From: Planctomycetota bacterium
Lineage (GTDB): Bacteria; Planctomycetota; B15-G4
Assembly: GCA_038212275.1 (NCBI GenBank)
Contig: JBBQUR010000001.1
Location: forward strand, 160,001-224,000
Length of the DNA stretch: 64,000 nt
Direction of reading: 5' to 3'
Under the pieces are notes generated by a model, which had not been told where the DNA came from, ran no database searches, and was given only the letters and a program-made list of their open reading frames with translations. This document shows positions 50,591 through 60,197 of this stretch, in pieces; positions within the stretch are counted from its first letter, which is position 1; every line of letters starts with the position of its first letter. A program made the position numbers and the translations under genes.

Positions 50591-51025
50591 ATGCCCAGCA
50601 CACCCAGCCGCACGCTCGAGACCTTCGCCAACCCGCGCCCCGGGCGCGACTACGAGATCCGTTTCGATTGCCCCGAGTTCACCTGCCTTTGTCCGAAGAC
50701 GGGCCAGCCGGACTTCGCGACGATCCGCATCCGCTACGTGCCCGGCAAGCTGTGCGTGGAGCTGAAGTCGCTGAAGCTCTACCTGTGGTCCTTCCGCGCC
50801 GAAGGCCACTTCCACGAGGACGTGACCAACCGCATCCTCGACGACCTCGTGGCCGCCACCGCGCCGCGCCGCATGACGGTCGAGGGCGACTTCCTGGTGC
50901 GCGGCGGCATCCACACCGTCGTGGTTGTCGAGCATGACGGCGGCTCGCGTTCCGGCGTCGGAGGCTCGCGTCAGGCCGATGGGAAGCGCGCACGGAGCGC
51001 GGCGCGGCGCAAGTCGGCCCCGTGA
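50591..51025 (+). CDS. queF: NADPH-dependent preQ0 reductase (QueF type I)
   Basis: [40 protein letters not shown] 50591. Confidence 0.96.
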   Translation: MPSTPSRTLETFANPRPGRDYEIRFDCPEFTCLCPKTGQPDFATIRIRYVPGKLCVELKSLKLYLWSFRAEGHFHEDVTNRILDDLVAATAPRRMTVEGDFLVRGGIHTVVVVEHDGGSRSGVGGSRQADGKRARSAARRKSAP

Positions 51026-51474
51026 TCGCCGAGTCGCGAAGGGGGGCCTTCGCGATCACCACCGACCCGGCGCGCCTCGACATCGACGCGATCCACGCCT
51101 ACCTCACGCGGTCCTACTGGGCGGAAGGCATCGCGCGCGAACTGGTGCTGCGCTCGATCGAGAACTCGCTCTGCTTCGGACTGTTCGACGGCTCGCGGCA
51201 GATCGGCTTCGCCCGGGTCATCACCGATCACGCCACCTTCGCGTACCTGTGCGACGTCTACGTGCTGGAGGAACAGCGCGGCGCCGGCTTCGGCAAGTGG
51301 CTGATGGAGACCGTGATGTCTCACCCCGACGTGCAGGGCCTGCGCCGCTGGCTGCTCATGACCCGGGATGCGCACGGCCTGTACGCGCAGCACGGTTTTT
51401 CTCCGCTGGCGAAGCCCGGATCCGCCATGGAGATCGCGAGGCCGGGACTCTACCGCGCTCAGCGCGGCTCGTAG
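51022..51474 (+). CDS. GNAT family N-acetyltransferase
   Basis: [47 protein letters not shown]. Confidence 0.92.
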   Translation: MIAESRRGAFAITTDPARLDIDAIHAYLTRSYWAEGIARELVLRSIENSLCFGLFDGSRQIGFARVITDHATFAYLCDVYVLEEQRGAGFGKWLMETVMSHPDVQGLRRWLLMTRDAHGLYAQHGFSPLAKPGSAMEIARPGLYRAQRGS

Positions 51475-51935
51475 CTCAGGGCGGAGAGGAGCAGGCCGCC
51501 GCTGCGGTCCAGCAGGATGTTCACGGCGCGCCGCGGCACCTTGGCCACCTGGCTGCTGCGCTCGAGGCGGTAGGTCAGCGAGGTGCCGTCGGAGAGTCTG
51601 GCCGTGCCGGCGAAGCCCTGCAGCGGCGCGGCCTGCTGGCTGTAGTCCGCGATCGCGTCCGCGCTGAGGAGCAGGCGTTGAAAGTCCGCGCGCAGCGCCT
51701 CCAGATTCGGTTCCGCGACGGACAGGTGAAGGTCAAGCACCCGGTATGGGGGCCACTGGATCGAGTCATCGGCGCCCTCGAGCCAGAGCGCCTCGACGCG
51801 CGTGTCGGCGATGAGCAAGGCCGACAGGCGCCGCACGAAACCGGTGGGGAGGTGGTCCGCGCCGGGAAGCGCGCGCCGCCCTCCCGGCGTGCCTGGCCTG
51901 CCGTGCGCGTCGGAGTTTCCATGCGTCGTGGACAT
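51459..51935 (-). CDS. Hypothetical protein, possibly a degenerate nucleotidyltransferase-fold domain
   Basis: ADTRVEALWLEG...YRVLDLHLSV, ILLDRSG; coding-like codon bias. Confidence 0.55.
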   Translation of the reverse strand: MSTTHGNSDAHGRPGTPGGRRALPGADHLPTGFVRRLSALLIADTRVEALWLEGADDSIQWPPYRVLDLHLSVAEPNLEALRADFQRLLLSADAIADYSQQAAPLQGFAGTARLSDGTSLTYRLERSSQVAKVPRRAVNILLDRSGGLLLSALSYEPR

Positions 51936-51980
51936 GTCGGCGCATGTTAGGAGCGGCGGTGCGCGCCCGGCAAGCGTCCT

Positions 51981-52075
51981 GCGCCTGCGCCTGCGCCAGC
52001 GCCAGCGCCAGCGCCAGCGCCAGCACCAGCGCCTGCACCTGCGCGTCGCCAGCGCCTGCGCGTGCGCGTGCGCGA
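51981..52075. repeat. Degenerate hexamer tandem repeat (GCGCCW-like, ~15 units)
   Basis: gcgcct x2, gcgcca x5, gcacca, gcgcct, gcacct, gcgcgt... in the gap between divergent genes. Confidence 0.85.
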
Positions 52076-52108
52076 ACCGCCGCCCGCCGTGTGTTAGAAC
52101 GTCCCGCC

Positions 52109-53236
52109 ATGCAGATCCTGGTCGTGGGCGGCGGCATCATCGGGCTCTCGGTCGCGGCGCAGCTCGCGCGCGAGGGGCATGACGTGCAATTGCTCGAGCG
52201 CGAGCTTCCGGGGCAGCGCGCCAGCTGGGTCGCGGCGGGGCTGCTCACGCCGAGCAGTCCGTGGAAATACCCGCAGTCGCTCATCGACCTGTGCTTCGCC
52301 TCGGAAGCGCTGTATCCGGATTTCGTCGCCGACCTGCTGGAGCACACCGGCATCGACTCCGAGTTCGATGTGTCCGGCATGCTCTATCCGGAAGGCGCCA
52401 CGCTTTCGGCCGCGCAGGTGGCCGACGAGTCGCGTCGCCGCGCCTCGATGGGCTTCGACATGCAGCACCTGCAGCGCCCGGTGCTCGACGTGATCGCGCC
52501 TGGCCTCGCACCGGAAATCACCGGCGCCGGCTGGCAGGCCGCTTCGGCACGCGTGCGCCCGCCGCGCCTGCTGGCTGCGCTGCGGCGTCGCGCCGCGGGC
52601 CTCGGCGTCGTGATCACGTCGCATTGCGAAGTGACCGAACTGCTCGGCGGCCCGGGCGGCGTACGCGGCGTGCGCACCTCGACCGGCCAGCTGCTCGTTG
52701 CGGAGTGCGTGGTGCTCGCCGCCGGATCGTGGTCGGGCGCTCTTGCGGCCACGCTGGGCCTGGCGGTGGACGTGCGCCCGGTGCGGGGCCAGATCCTGCT
52801 GCTGCGCGGGCAACCCGGCGTGCTCGGGCCCACGCTCAACAACGGCGACAGCTATCTCGTGCCGCGCCGCGACGGCCGCATCCTCGTCGGCAGCACGATG
52901 GAAGACGTCGGCTTCGCGGCGGTCACCACGCCGGAGGCCATCGCGCGTCTGCGCGTCGTCGCCCGCGCGCTGCTGCCCGCCACCGAGGGCATGGTGGGAG
53001 AAATGGCCTGGGCGGGCCTGCGCCCAGGCACGCCCGATCGCCTGCCCTACGTCGGCACGGTGCCCGAGGTGCCGGGTCTGGTCCTCGCGACGGGGCATTT
53101 CCGCAATGGCATCCTGCTCGCGCCGATCACGGCGCTGCTCGTCGGCGACCTCGTCGCCGGGCGCACTCCGCGCATGGATCTCGGCCCGTACGCACCGCGC
53201 CCGGTCGATCCGCAGGCCGTGCTGCTCCCCGCATGA
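52109..53236 (+). CDS. thiO: Glycine oxidase ThiO / DAO-family FAD oxidoreductase
   Basis: VVGGGIIGLS, ASWVAAGLL, AAGSWS, PVRGQ, YLVPRRDGRILVGST, WAGLRP, ATGHFRNGILLAP; ATG 52109. Confidence 0.88.
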   Translation: MQILVVGGGIIGLSVAAQLAREGHDVQLLERELPGQRASWVAAGLLTPSSPWKYPQSLIDLCFASEALYPDFVADLLEHTGIDSEFDVSGMLYPEGATLSAAQVADESRRRASMGFDMQHLQRPVLDVIAPGLAPEITGAGWQAASARVRPPRLLAALRRRAAGLGVVITSHCEVTELLGGPGGVRGVRTSTGQLLVAECVVLAAGSWSGALAATLGLAVDVRPVRGQILLLRGQPGVLGPTLNNGDSYLVPRRDGRILVGSTMEDVGFAAVTTPEAIARLRVVARALLPATEGMVGEMAWAGLRPGTPDRLPYVGTVPEVPGLVLATGHFRNGILLAPITALLVGDLVAGRTPRMDLGPYAPRPVDPQAVLLPA

Positions 53237-53271
53237 GCTCGCGGCCGCGAGCGCCGCGCGCTGAGCAGCGC

Positions 53272-53313
53272 GCGATGAGCAACGTGCGATGAGCAACGTG
53301 CGATGAGCAACGT
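53272..53313. repeat. 14-bp tandem repeat x3 (GCGATGAGCAACGT) spanning a start codon
   Basis: Exact copies at 53272, 53286 and 53300; degenerate copy at 53258. Confidence 0.92.
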
Positions 53314-53815
53314 GTCCCGCATGCCGGCGTCGGTGGCGCTCATGGCACTCATGGCGCTGACGGCAGTGCTCGGCGTGGGGGCGGGCGCCGCACCGACGAC
53401 CCGCCTCGGCGAAGAGCGCCTGGACCTTTCGGCGGCGACCTTCACGCGCAACGGCGTGGCCTCCGACGATCTTGCACGCGGTGCGCCCGGCACGCCCGAC
53501 GCCGGCAGCGTCGCCCTGCCGCTCAGCGAGCGCGGCGTGCGCTGGGCCATGCAATGGTCCACGCCCGAGGCCTTCAGTGCGCGCCTCGCGCTGGACTGGA
53601 ATCCCGGGCCGGACGGCGCGCTGTTCGAAGTCGTGCTCGACGGCCAGCGCCTGTCTCCCGTGCGTGACGCATGGCGGCCGTCGTCGCGCGAACTCCGCTC
53701 GGATCTCGGGGCCGCGTGGCTGGGCGCCGGCACGCACCTGCTGGAGTTCGTGGCGCGCGAACAATCGGCCGCCGCGGAGCTGCACCTGCGCGCGCTCGTG
53801 ATGGAACGCCTCTGA
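53303..53815 (+). CDS. Hypothetical secreted protein (beta-sandwich-like)
   Basis: Signal-like VALMALMALTAVLG; FEVVLDG, WLGAGTHLLEFV. Confidence 0.6.
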   Translation: MSNVSRMPASVALMALMALTAVLGVGAGAAPTTRLGEERLDLSAATFTRNGVASDDLARGAPGTPDAGSVALPLSERGVRWAMQWSTPEAFSARLALDWNPGPDGALFEVVLDGQRLSPVRDAWRPSSRELRSDLGAAWLGAGTHLLEFVAREQSAAAELHLRALVMERL

Positions 53816-53819
53816 ACGG

Positions 53820-53852
53820 CGTCGCTCAGAACGACGTCGCTCAGAACGACGT
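53820..53852. repeat. 15-bp tandem duplication (CGTCGCTCAGAACGA) of the fabI stop region
   Basis: Exact copies at 53820 and 53835 plus partial flanks. Confidence 0.88.
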
Positions 53853-54605
53853 GATGTGGAAGCCGCCGTCCACGTAGAGCACCTCGCCCGTGATGCCGCG
53901 CGCGAGGTCGCTCACGAGGAAGAGCGTGGCGTCGGCGACCTCCGCCACGTCCACGTTGCGGCCCAGCGGCGAGCGCGTGCGCGCCAGCTCGAGCACCGAG
54001 GAGAAGTCGCTGATGCCGCTGGAGGCAAGCGTGCGGATCGGCCCGGCCGAGATGGCGTTCACCCGGATGTTCCGGGCGCCCAGCTCGGCGGCCAGGTAGC
54101 GCACCGAGGCCTGCAGCGACGCCTTGGCGAGACCCATCACGTTGTAGTGCGGCACGGCGCGCTCGGCGCCGAGGTAAGTCATCGTGACCAGCGATCCGCC
54201 GCGGGTCATGAGCGGCACGACCCGCTGCGCGAGCGCCGTGAGCGAGTAGCTGGAAATCTCGTGCGCCAGCGCGAAACCCTGCCGCGTGGTGCCGAGGAAT
54301 TCGCCCTCGAGTTCCTCGCGGGGCGCGAAGGCGATCGAGTGCACGGCGAAGTCCACCGTCGGCATGTGCTCGCGGATGGCGCCGAAGGCCGTGTCGAGCG
54401 CGGCGTCGCTGCCGACGTCGCAGGGCAGCGCAATGGCGCCGCCTGGAAGGCCGGCCGCGAGCTGCTTGCAGCCATCCGCAAGCCTGTCGCCCTGGTAGGT
54501 GAGGATGAGCCGTGCCCCTTGCGCCGCGGCCGCCTGTGCGCAGGCGAACGCGATACTGCGCTTGTTGGCGACGCCGAAGATGATCCCGTTGCGGCCCTGC
54601 AGCAT
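53841..54605 (-). CDS. fabI: Enoyl-ACP reductase
   Basis: GVANKRSIA, VHSIAFAP, ISSYSL, TYLG...YNVMGLAKASL, RVNAISAGPIRTLA, ITGEVLYVDGG; ATG 54605. Confidence 0.96.
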   Translation of the reverse strand: MLQGRNGIIFGVANKRSIAFACAQAAAAQGARLILTYQGDRLADGCKQLAAGLPGGAIALPCDVGSDAALDTAFGAIREHMPTVDFAVHSIAFAPREELEGEFLGTTRQGFALAHEISSYSLTALAQRVVPLMTRGGSLVTMTYLGAERAVPHYNVMGLAKASLQASVRYLAAELGARNIRVNAISAGPIRTLASSGISDFSSVLELARTRSPLGRNVDVAEVADATLFLVSDLARGITGEVLYVDGGFHITSF

Positions 54606-54688
54606 GCATCTCTCCCGGCGTGCGTTGTCGGCCGGACGGCAGACACAGCCCGCGGCGCGGCCCATTCTTCGGGAGCCGTGGGCGCGAT

Positions 54689-55702
54689 TCAATGCGCGTG
54701 CAGCTCGGCGACCTCCAGTGGCAGCTCGTCGGCGCGCACGACGCTTTCCGGCTTCCAGAAGGCGCGGCGCAGGAATGCCAGGGCCAGCGTGTGCTGCGTC
54801 AGCGGGTCGAAGGCCGAGGCCGTGAGCTGTCCGGCCTCCTGAGCGGCGCGCTCGCCGGTGCCCAGGAGCAGCGTGCCCGACGCCAGCGCATGGCGCCCCG
54901 CGGCGGAGAGTCGCACCAGCTTGCGCGCCACCTGCCCGAGATTCGTGATGCGTGCGACGACTTCCTGTCCGGGATAGCAACCCTTGGTGACGGAGACGTC
55001 GGCGTCGAAGCCGGCCTCGAGCGGAATGACGCCTCCGGCCAGCTCGCTGGCGAACCACGGGACGCCGTTCGCGAGGCGTTCGACCTGCAATGCCGCCATG
55101 CCGATCGCGCGTGCGCCGCCGTCGACGAGCTGCCCGAGCAGCGCATCGACACAGTCGGCCTGCAGCACCACGTCGACGCCCGGTGCACCGCAGAGTCGCG
55201 AGCGCACGGCGGCAAGCACCCGGTCGTCGTGCAGCAGCTCGTCCTCGCGCGGGCAGGGCAGCCCCGCGCCGGCGAGCAGCGCGTCGGCGTGCGGACCGAG
55301 CACGGACACGAAGCGGTGGCTGGCGCCCAGATCCGTCAGCACGACCTTGTCGCGCAGGATGAACATGTCCAGCAGGCGCAGCAGGCCTGCGTGCTGGCTG
55401 GCGGGAATGTCGAGCAGCAGACGCGCTTCCTCGCCGGGCCCGGCCGGCACGTGCAGCACGCGCAGGTCCGCGCGCAGCTTGCCCTTGCCGTCCATCAGCG
55501 TGGTGCCTACGGCGCGGCCCGGCTCCAGCGTCGCGACGGGCATGCTGCTGATGCGGTCGAGCCACGCAACATGGTCCGGCCCCGACACCGCGATGAGCGA
55601 GCGCACGCCGGGGCTGCAGACTGCCACGTGCGTACGCAGGGCGGTCAGGTCGTCGCGCAACGAGGCTTCGTCGGCTGAGATGGTCTGGCCGGCGTCGGTC
55701 AT
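54689..55702 (-). CDS. ygfZ: Folate-binding Fe-S assembly factor YgfZ (GcvT family)
   Basis: VSGPD..WL, KGCYPGQEVVAR signature, IPLEA; ATG 55702. Confidence 0.88.
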   Translation of the reverse strand: MTDAGQTISADEASLRDDLTALRTHVAVCSPGVRSLIAVSGPDHVAWLDRISSMPVATLEPGRAVGTTLMDGKGKLRADLRVLHVPAGPGEEARLLLDIPASQHAGLLRLLDMFILRDKVVLTDLGASHRFVSVLGPHADALLAGAGLPCPREDELLHDDRVLAAVRSRLCGAPGVDVVLQADCVDALLGQLVDGGARAIGMAALQVERLANGVPWFASELAGGVIPLEAGFDADVSVTKGCYPGQEVVARITNLGQVARKLVRLSAAGRHALASGTLLLGTGERAAQEAGQLTASAFDPLTQHTLALAFLRRAFWKPESVVRADELPLEVAELHAH

Positions 55703-56823
55703 GCGTCGTGCTCCGTGGATCTGCGTGCGGCGAGCAGTTCGGGGGCCGCCGCGGCGAGGATGCGGCGGCTGGCCGTGGTGAGCGGCGTGTCCGGCGCGCA
55801 AGGCTCCATCCATAGCAGCGGTGCGCGCACGCGGCCTGTCAGTGCTTGCGATCGGAACGGCTGCACGCGGATGCGGTGATGCGTGATGCAGTGGCGCAAC
55901 GCGGGCAGCGCCTCGCCGGTCACGACGTGCAGGCCGTGGCGCTGGTAAATTTCGGCCACCAGCAGCGCAGCCAGCGAGTCCTGCTCTCCCGCTCCGTCGA
56001 TCCAGGCGGCATCAGCCGGCGCCTCGACCGCCGGCAGCTCGAGGAAGCCTGCATTCGGCGGCGCGCTGCGACGGTGCAGCAGCACGCGGCCGCCGCGTAC
56101 CGCGAGAAGCGCTGCGTGCAGCACGGCGACGGAGGCCCTGCGCGGCCGCAGCTCGGGATATCGCGCCGGGTTGCCCTCCGCGCGCGCCGCGCAGTGGACG
56201 CGCAACGGGCAGGCCGGGCAGGCAGGAGCCACGGGCCGGCACACGGTCGCGCCCAGTTCCATGAGCGCCTGGTTCCAGTCTCCGGGGCGCCGGGAGTCGA
56301 GCAGAGTCGCGGCGCGCTCGCGCAGCACCGTGCCCGTGGCTGCGGAGCGCGGGTCGCCGCGCAACGCAAGCAAGCGGCACAGCACGCGCTCCACGTTGCC
56401 GTCGATGGCGGCCACCGGCTCGCCGTATGCGATCGACGCGACGGCCGCGGCGGTGTAGCGGCCGACGCCGGGCAGCTCCAGCAGCGCGGCGTGAGTGCCG
56501 GGCAGTGCGCCGCCGGCCTCGGCCACGCGACAGGCCGCCTGGTGAAGGAAATCGGCGCGCCGGTAGTAACCCAGACCTGCCCATTCCGCGAGCAGCTCCT
56601 GACGGCTCGCGCGCGCGAGGTCAGCGGGCGCAGGCCAGCGAGCCAGGAATCGCTCCCAGTAGGGGATCGCGGCAGCGACCGTGGTCTGCTGCAGCATGAC
56701 CTCGCTCACGAGGATGGCCCAGGGATCGCGCGTGGCGCGCCACGGCAGGTCGCGGTGGCCGGCGTCCCAGTGCTCGAGCACCGCGCGCCTCACCGCATCG
56801 ATGTCGAGGGCCGGAATCGCCAT
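55699..56823 (-). CDS. mutY: A/G-specific adenine glycosylase
   Basis: RDLPWR, VSEVMLQQT, WAGLGYYRRA, LPGVGRYTA, DGNVERV, NQALMELGATVC...C..CP...C; ATG 56823. Confidence 0.96.
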   Translation of the reverse strand: MAIPALDIDAVRRAVLEHWDAGHRDLPWRATRDPWAILVSEVMLQQTTVAAAIPYWERFLARWPAPADLARASRQELLAEWAGLGYYRRADFLHQAACRVAEAGGALPGTHAALLELPGVGRYTAAAVASIAYGEPVAAIDGNVERVLCRLLALRGDPRSAATGTVLRERAATLLDSRRPGDWNQALMELGATVCRPVAPACPACPLRVHCAARAEGNPARYPELRPRRASVAVLHAALLAVRGGRVLLHRRSAPPNAGFLELPAVEAPADAAWIDGAGEQDSLAALLVAEIYQRHGLHVVTGEALPALRHCITHHRIRVQPFRSQALTGRVRAPLLWMEPCAPDTPLTTASRRILAAAAPELLAARRSTEHDA

Positions 56824-57096
56824 GTCACAGAGCCTAGCAACCACCGCCGTCGGTGCCGCGACGCACATCGTCCCGTGCCAGGCGTGCGAGCGAGCCGGCG
56901 TCGCGCTCGGCGGGCGCGATCCGTGGGGCGTCGCCCCGGGGCGCAGCGGGTGACGGCGGCAAGCCGACGACGGTCTGGAACGTGGAGCCGCGCTAGCATG
57001 CGGCCGCTGCCTCTCCGGAGTCGCGCCGTGAACCGAATCGCTGCCACGCCGTCCCTCGCCGCGCGGCCCGCTTGCGACGCGAAATCCGCACAGGTC

Positions 57097-58362
57097 ATGC
57101 TGCCTGCACTGGCCCTGAGCGTCCTGTTCGTCCTGCTCGTCCTGCTCGTCCTGCCGGCACCTCTGCGCGCCGGCGACGAGGACTACTACATCTCGCTGCC
57201 GGCGCTGGGCGCGATTTACCGGCTGGACGCAGTCACCGGCGCGCTCACGCCGTTCTCCACGGGTTACGGCATCCCGTTCTACGGCGCGTGGTCGGTCACG
57301 GATGGCGCGCTCTACATGCCCGACCGTGACCTCGGCGTCGTGTTCAAGATCACGCCCAGCGGGCAGCGCAGCGTCTTCGCGTACGGAGGCTACCTCGCCT
57401 CGCCGGTGTCGATCGTGCAGGCGCCCGACGGCGGACTCATCGTCGCGGACATCTTCGAGCGGACGGTCGTCCGCCTGTCCTCGACGGGCGCGCAGACGCT
57501 GATTTTCGACGAAGCCGGTTCGGGCGGGCTGATCGACACGCCGGGCGGCATCGCATACGGCCCCGATGGCACGCTCTATGTCGCGAACAACTCCAGCGGC
57601 ACGATCGTCGCCATCGACGAGGCGGCGCACGCGATCTCCGTCGTGTGCTCCAGCCCGCTGCTCGCCGGGCCCGGCGGCCTGGCCGTCGACGGTTCGGGCA
57701 ATCTCTTCGTTGCGAACTACGACACGAGCGCGATCGTGCGCGTGCGCCTCGACACCGGAGCGGCCGACGTCTTCTGCGCCGACGCGTTCATGCACAATCC
57801 CAACGACGTGCGCCTCTCGCACGCCGGCGGGCTGCTCGTCACGCTGAGGAATGCCGCGCTCGTGCGCATCGACGCGCTGGGCCAGCTGAGCATCATCAAG
57901 CACGCGCGGGAACTGGGCGAGTTCGACGGCGTGGCGTCGCCCGCGGACTCTCCGCCCTGCGACGGCGCCTTCCTGCCCTACGGCGCGGGGACCGCCGGCA
58001 GTCTCGGCATCGTCCCCGAGCTGCGCGGCCTGTTCTCGCCCTGCGCCGGCGCCGCGGTGGGGCTGGAGTTCACCGGCTTTCCGGGCAATGGCTTCGGCGT
58101 GCTGGCCTGGGGTGTCGGCGCTGCCGATCTGCCGCTGAAGGGCGCACGCCTGCTGGTCGACATCGTCTCGCCCGGAGGGCTCATCGGCCTGAACTTCCCG
58201 GGCGCCGGTCCCGGCGGCGGCTCCTTGCGGCTGCCGTTCACGCTGCCCGACCTGCCGGCGATCGCGGGGCTGGACTTCTATCTGCAGGGTCTCGCGGCTG
58301 ACCCGGGCGTGCCCGGCGGAGTCTCCGCCAGCAACGGCCTGCACGAGCACGTCGGCGGCTGA
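57097..58362 (+). CDS. Secreted NHL/SMP-30-like beta-propeller protein with a C-terminal beta domain
   Basis: Signal peptide; repeats TPGGIAYGPDGTLYVAN, GPGGLAVDGSGNLFVAN; start ATG 57097 or 56998. Confidence 0.8.
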   Translation: MLPALALSVLFVLLVLLVLPAPLRAGDEDYYISLPALGAIYRLDAVTGALTPFSTGYGIPFYGAWSVTDGALYMPDRDLGVVFKITPSGQRSVFAYGGYLASPVSIVQAPDGGLIVADIFERTVVRLSSTGAQTLIFDEAGSGGLIDTPGGIAYGPDGTLYVANNSSGTIVAIDEAAHAISVVCSSPLLAGPGGLAVDGSGNLFVANYDTSAIVRVRLDTGAADVFCADAFMHNPNDVRLSHAGGLLVTLRNAALVRIDALGQLSIIKHARELGEFDGVASPADSPPCDGAFLPYGAGTAGSLGIVPELRGLFSPCAGAAVGLEFTGFPGNGFGVLAWGVGAADLPLKGARLLVDIVSPGGLIGLNFPGAGPGGGSLRLPFTLPDLPAIAGLDFYLQGLAADPGVPGGVSASNGLHEHVGG

Positions 58363-58478
58363 ACGTTGCAGGGCGGGCGCCGCGCGCGTTGAATAGGCGC
58401 CGGCAGTCGCGGTCGCGCGACTGGCTTCCGGCGTGCGCGTCGCGCTGCGCCGGCTCCCCCCGACGAGAGAGAGCCTTC

Positions 58479-59036
58479 ATGTCCCCGTTCGAGATCCTGA
58501 CCCTTGCTGCACTCCTGATCGGCCTCGTGGCGCTGCTGCGCAGCGGATCGGGCGGTGCCAGAGTTGCTGCGCTGCAGACCCAGGTCGATGAGCTTAAGCG
58601 CACCGTGTCCACCCGCGAGGCGGACAACGGCGAACTCAAGGAGTCGCTGGACGGACTGCGCAAGCTGGTCGCGCTGCAGGTCGGCGGCAAGCCGGTGGAC
58701 GCGGAGATGGTCAAGGAGAATCGGCTCTTCCGCAACGCGAAGGTCGCCGAGCTGCAGGCTGCGATCGCCGCGGGCACGCCGCCGTGCGTGCTGGATGTCC
58801 GCACGCCGCAGGAGTTCGCAGGCGGCCACATCGAGGGCGCCATGCACATTCCCGTGGACGACATTTCCAAGCGCCTCAACGAAGTGCCGCGGGATGGTCG
58901 CAAGCTCTACGTGATCTGCGCGGGTGGCGGGCGCAGCGCGGCCGCAGCGACCTTCCTCAGCAACCGCGGCTACCTCAACATCCACAACGTCGAGGGCGGC
59001 ATGAGCAGCTGGCGCGACAAGGTGGTCAAGGCCTGA
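58479..59036 (+). CDS. Membrane-anchored rhodanese-domain protein
   Basis: N-terminal TM and coiled coil; LDVRTPQEFAGGHIEGA, CAGGGRS, VEGGMSSW. Confidence 0.9.
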   Translation: MSPFEILTLAALLIGLVALLRSGSGGARVAALQTQVDELKRTVSTREADNGELKESLDGLRKLVALQVGGKPVDAEMVKENRLFRNAKVAELQAAIAAGTPPCVLDVRTPQEFAGGHIEGAMHIPVDDISKRLNEVPRDGRKLYVICAGGGRSAAAATFLSNRGYLNIHNVEGGMSSWRDKVVKA

Positions 59037-59041
59037 GCGCC

Positions 59042-59917
59042 TTGCAGTCCGGCTCCGCACCGATCGCCGACGTGCGTGCGCTGCTCGCCGGGATCGGTGC
59101 GCGCCTGCCGCCCGAGCCGCTGCCCGGGCAGTCAGGCGGAGGCCATCGTCAACCGGAGAAAGTCGCCGCGGCGCCTCGAGCTCTGGCCGCGAGCGTGGAT
59201 CTCACGCTGCTGCGGCCGGAGGCTACCGCGCAGCAGATTCGCGCACTGTGCGATGCGGCGGCGGCACACGGGTGCTTCTCGGTGTGCGTGAATCCGATGT
59301 GGGTCGAACTCGCCGTCAGTTGCGCGGCCGGCCGGACGGCAGTGTGCAGCGTCGCCAGCTTTCCGCTGGGTGCGACGACGACGGCCGCCAAGCTCGCCGA
59401 GGCCTCGCTGGCAATCTCCGCCGGCGCTGCCGAGGTGGACATGGTGTCGGCCGTCGGCTGGCTCGTCGAGGGCCTGCCACGGGACGGCGGGCCGCCCGTC
59501 CCGGCGAGGCTGCTGGACTTCCAGGAGCAGGTCGCCAGGGTGATGCAGGCCGTGCGCGCGGCTGATGGCCCGGTTCCGGCGGAGCAGCGCGCGCTCAAGG
59601 TCATCCTCGAGACCTGCCTGCTCGACGATCGCCAGAAGGTCGCCGGTGCGCTGCTCGTGGCTGGCGCGCGTGCAAATTTCGTGAAGACATCGACGGGTTT
59701 TTCCACGGGCGGCGCCAGCGTGGCGGACGTGGCCTTGCTGCACGCGGCGCTCGGGGGATCCGCGCATGCGCACGGGTCCGCCAGCTCCGCGAGCAGCGCC
59801 CGCACCGCGATCAAGGCGTCGGGCGGCATCCGCGATGCTGCCGCTGCCCGGGCACTGCTCGAGGCGGGCGCGACGCGGCTCGGCTGCTCGTCGATCGCGG
59901 TGTTCGCGGCGCACTGA
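59042..59917 (+). CDS. deoC: Deoxyribose-phosphate aldolase
   Basis: DLTLLRP, SVCVNP, SFPLGA, EVDMV, LKVILETCLL, FVKTSTGF, IKASGGIR, RLGCS; start uncertain (TTG 59042 or GTG 59072). Confidence 0.9.
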   Translation: MQSGSAPIADVRALLAGIGARLPPEPLPGQSGGGHRQPEKVAAAPRALAASVDLTLLRPEATAQQIRALCDAAAAHGCFSVCVNPMWVELAVSCAAGRTAVCSVASFPLGATTTAAKLAEASLAISAGAAEVDMVSAVGWLVEGLPRDGGPPVPARLLDFQEQVARVMQAVRAADGPVPAEQRALKVILETCLLDDRQKVAGALLVAGARANFVKTSTGFSTGGASVADVALLHAALGGSAHAHGSASSASSARTAIKASGGIRDAAAARALLEAGATRLGCSSIAVFAAH

Positions 59918-60197
59918 TCCCGGTCGGACGATTGCAATTTCCTGATCGGGTTAGAACTTCGTCGCTTCGTCGTCCTCACGGTGACGGTAGTCTCCACCTC
60001 ATTCCGGGCAGGATGGTGCGGGCTCCAGGCAGCTTCGGCGCGTCAAGCGTTTGCAGGAGGCGGGTGCATGCGGGGTGCGGTGTTGTCGGGCCGGTCGGCC
60101 GATTTCGGGACAATGAGCGCACATTCGTACGGTGCGGGCGGCAGGGGCAGCATGCGCTCCTGCGCGCCGCATCACCCGGGCCTGCGGGGCGCCTGAG

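Noticed and set aside
53272..53313. CRISPR array at the short tandem repeats (also 53820-53852 and 51981-52075)
   Set aside because: Units are 6-15 bp and abut without spacers; no cas genes
57121..57153. 9-bp GTCCTGCTC repeats (and the GCGATG run at 936-955)
   Set aside because: In-frame low-complexity coding for hydrophobic signal or TM residues
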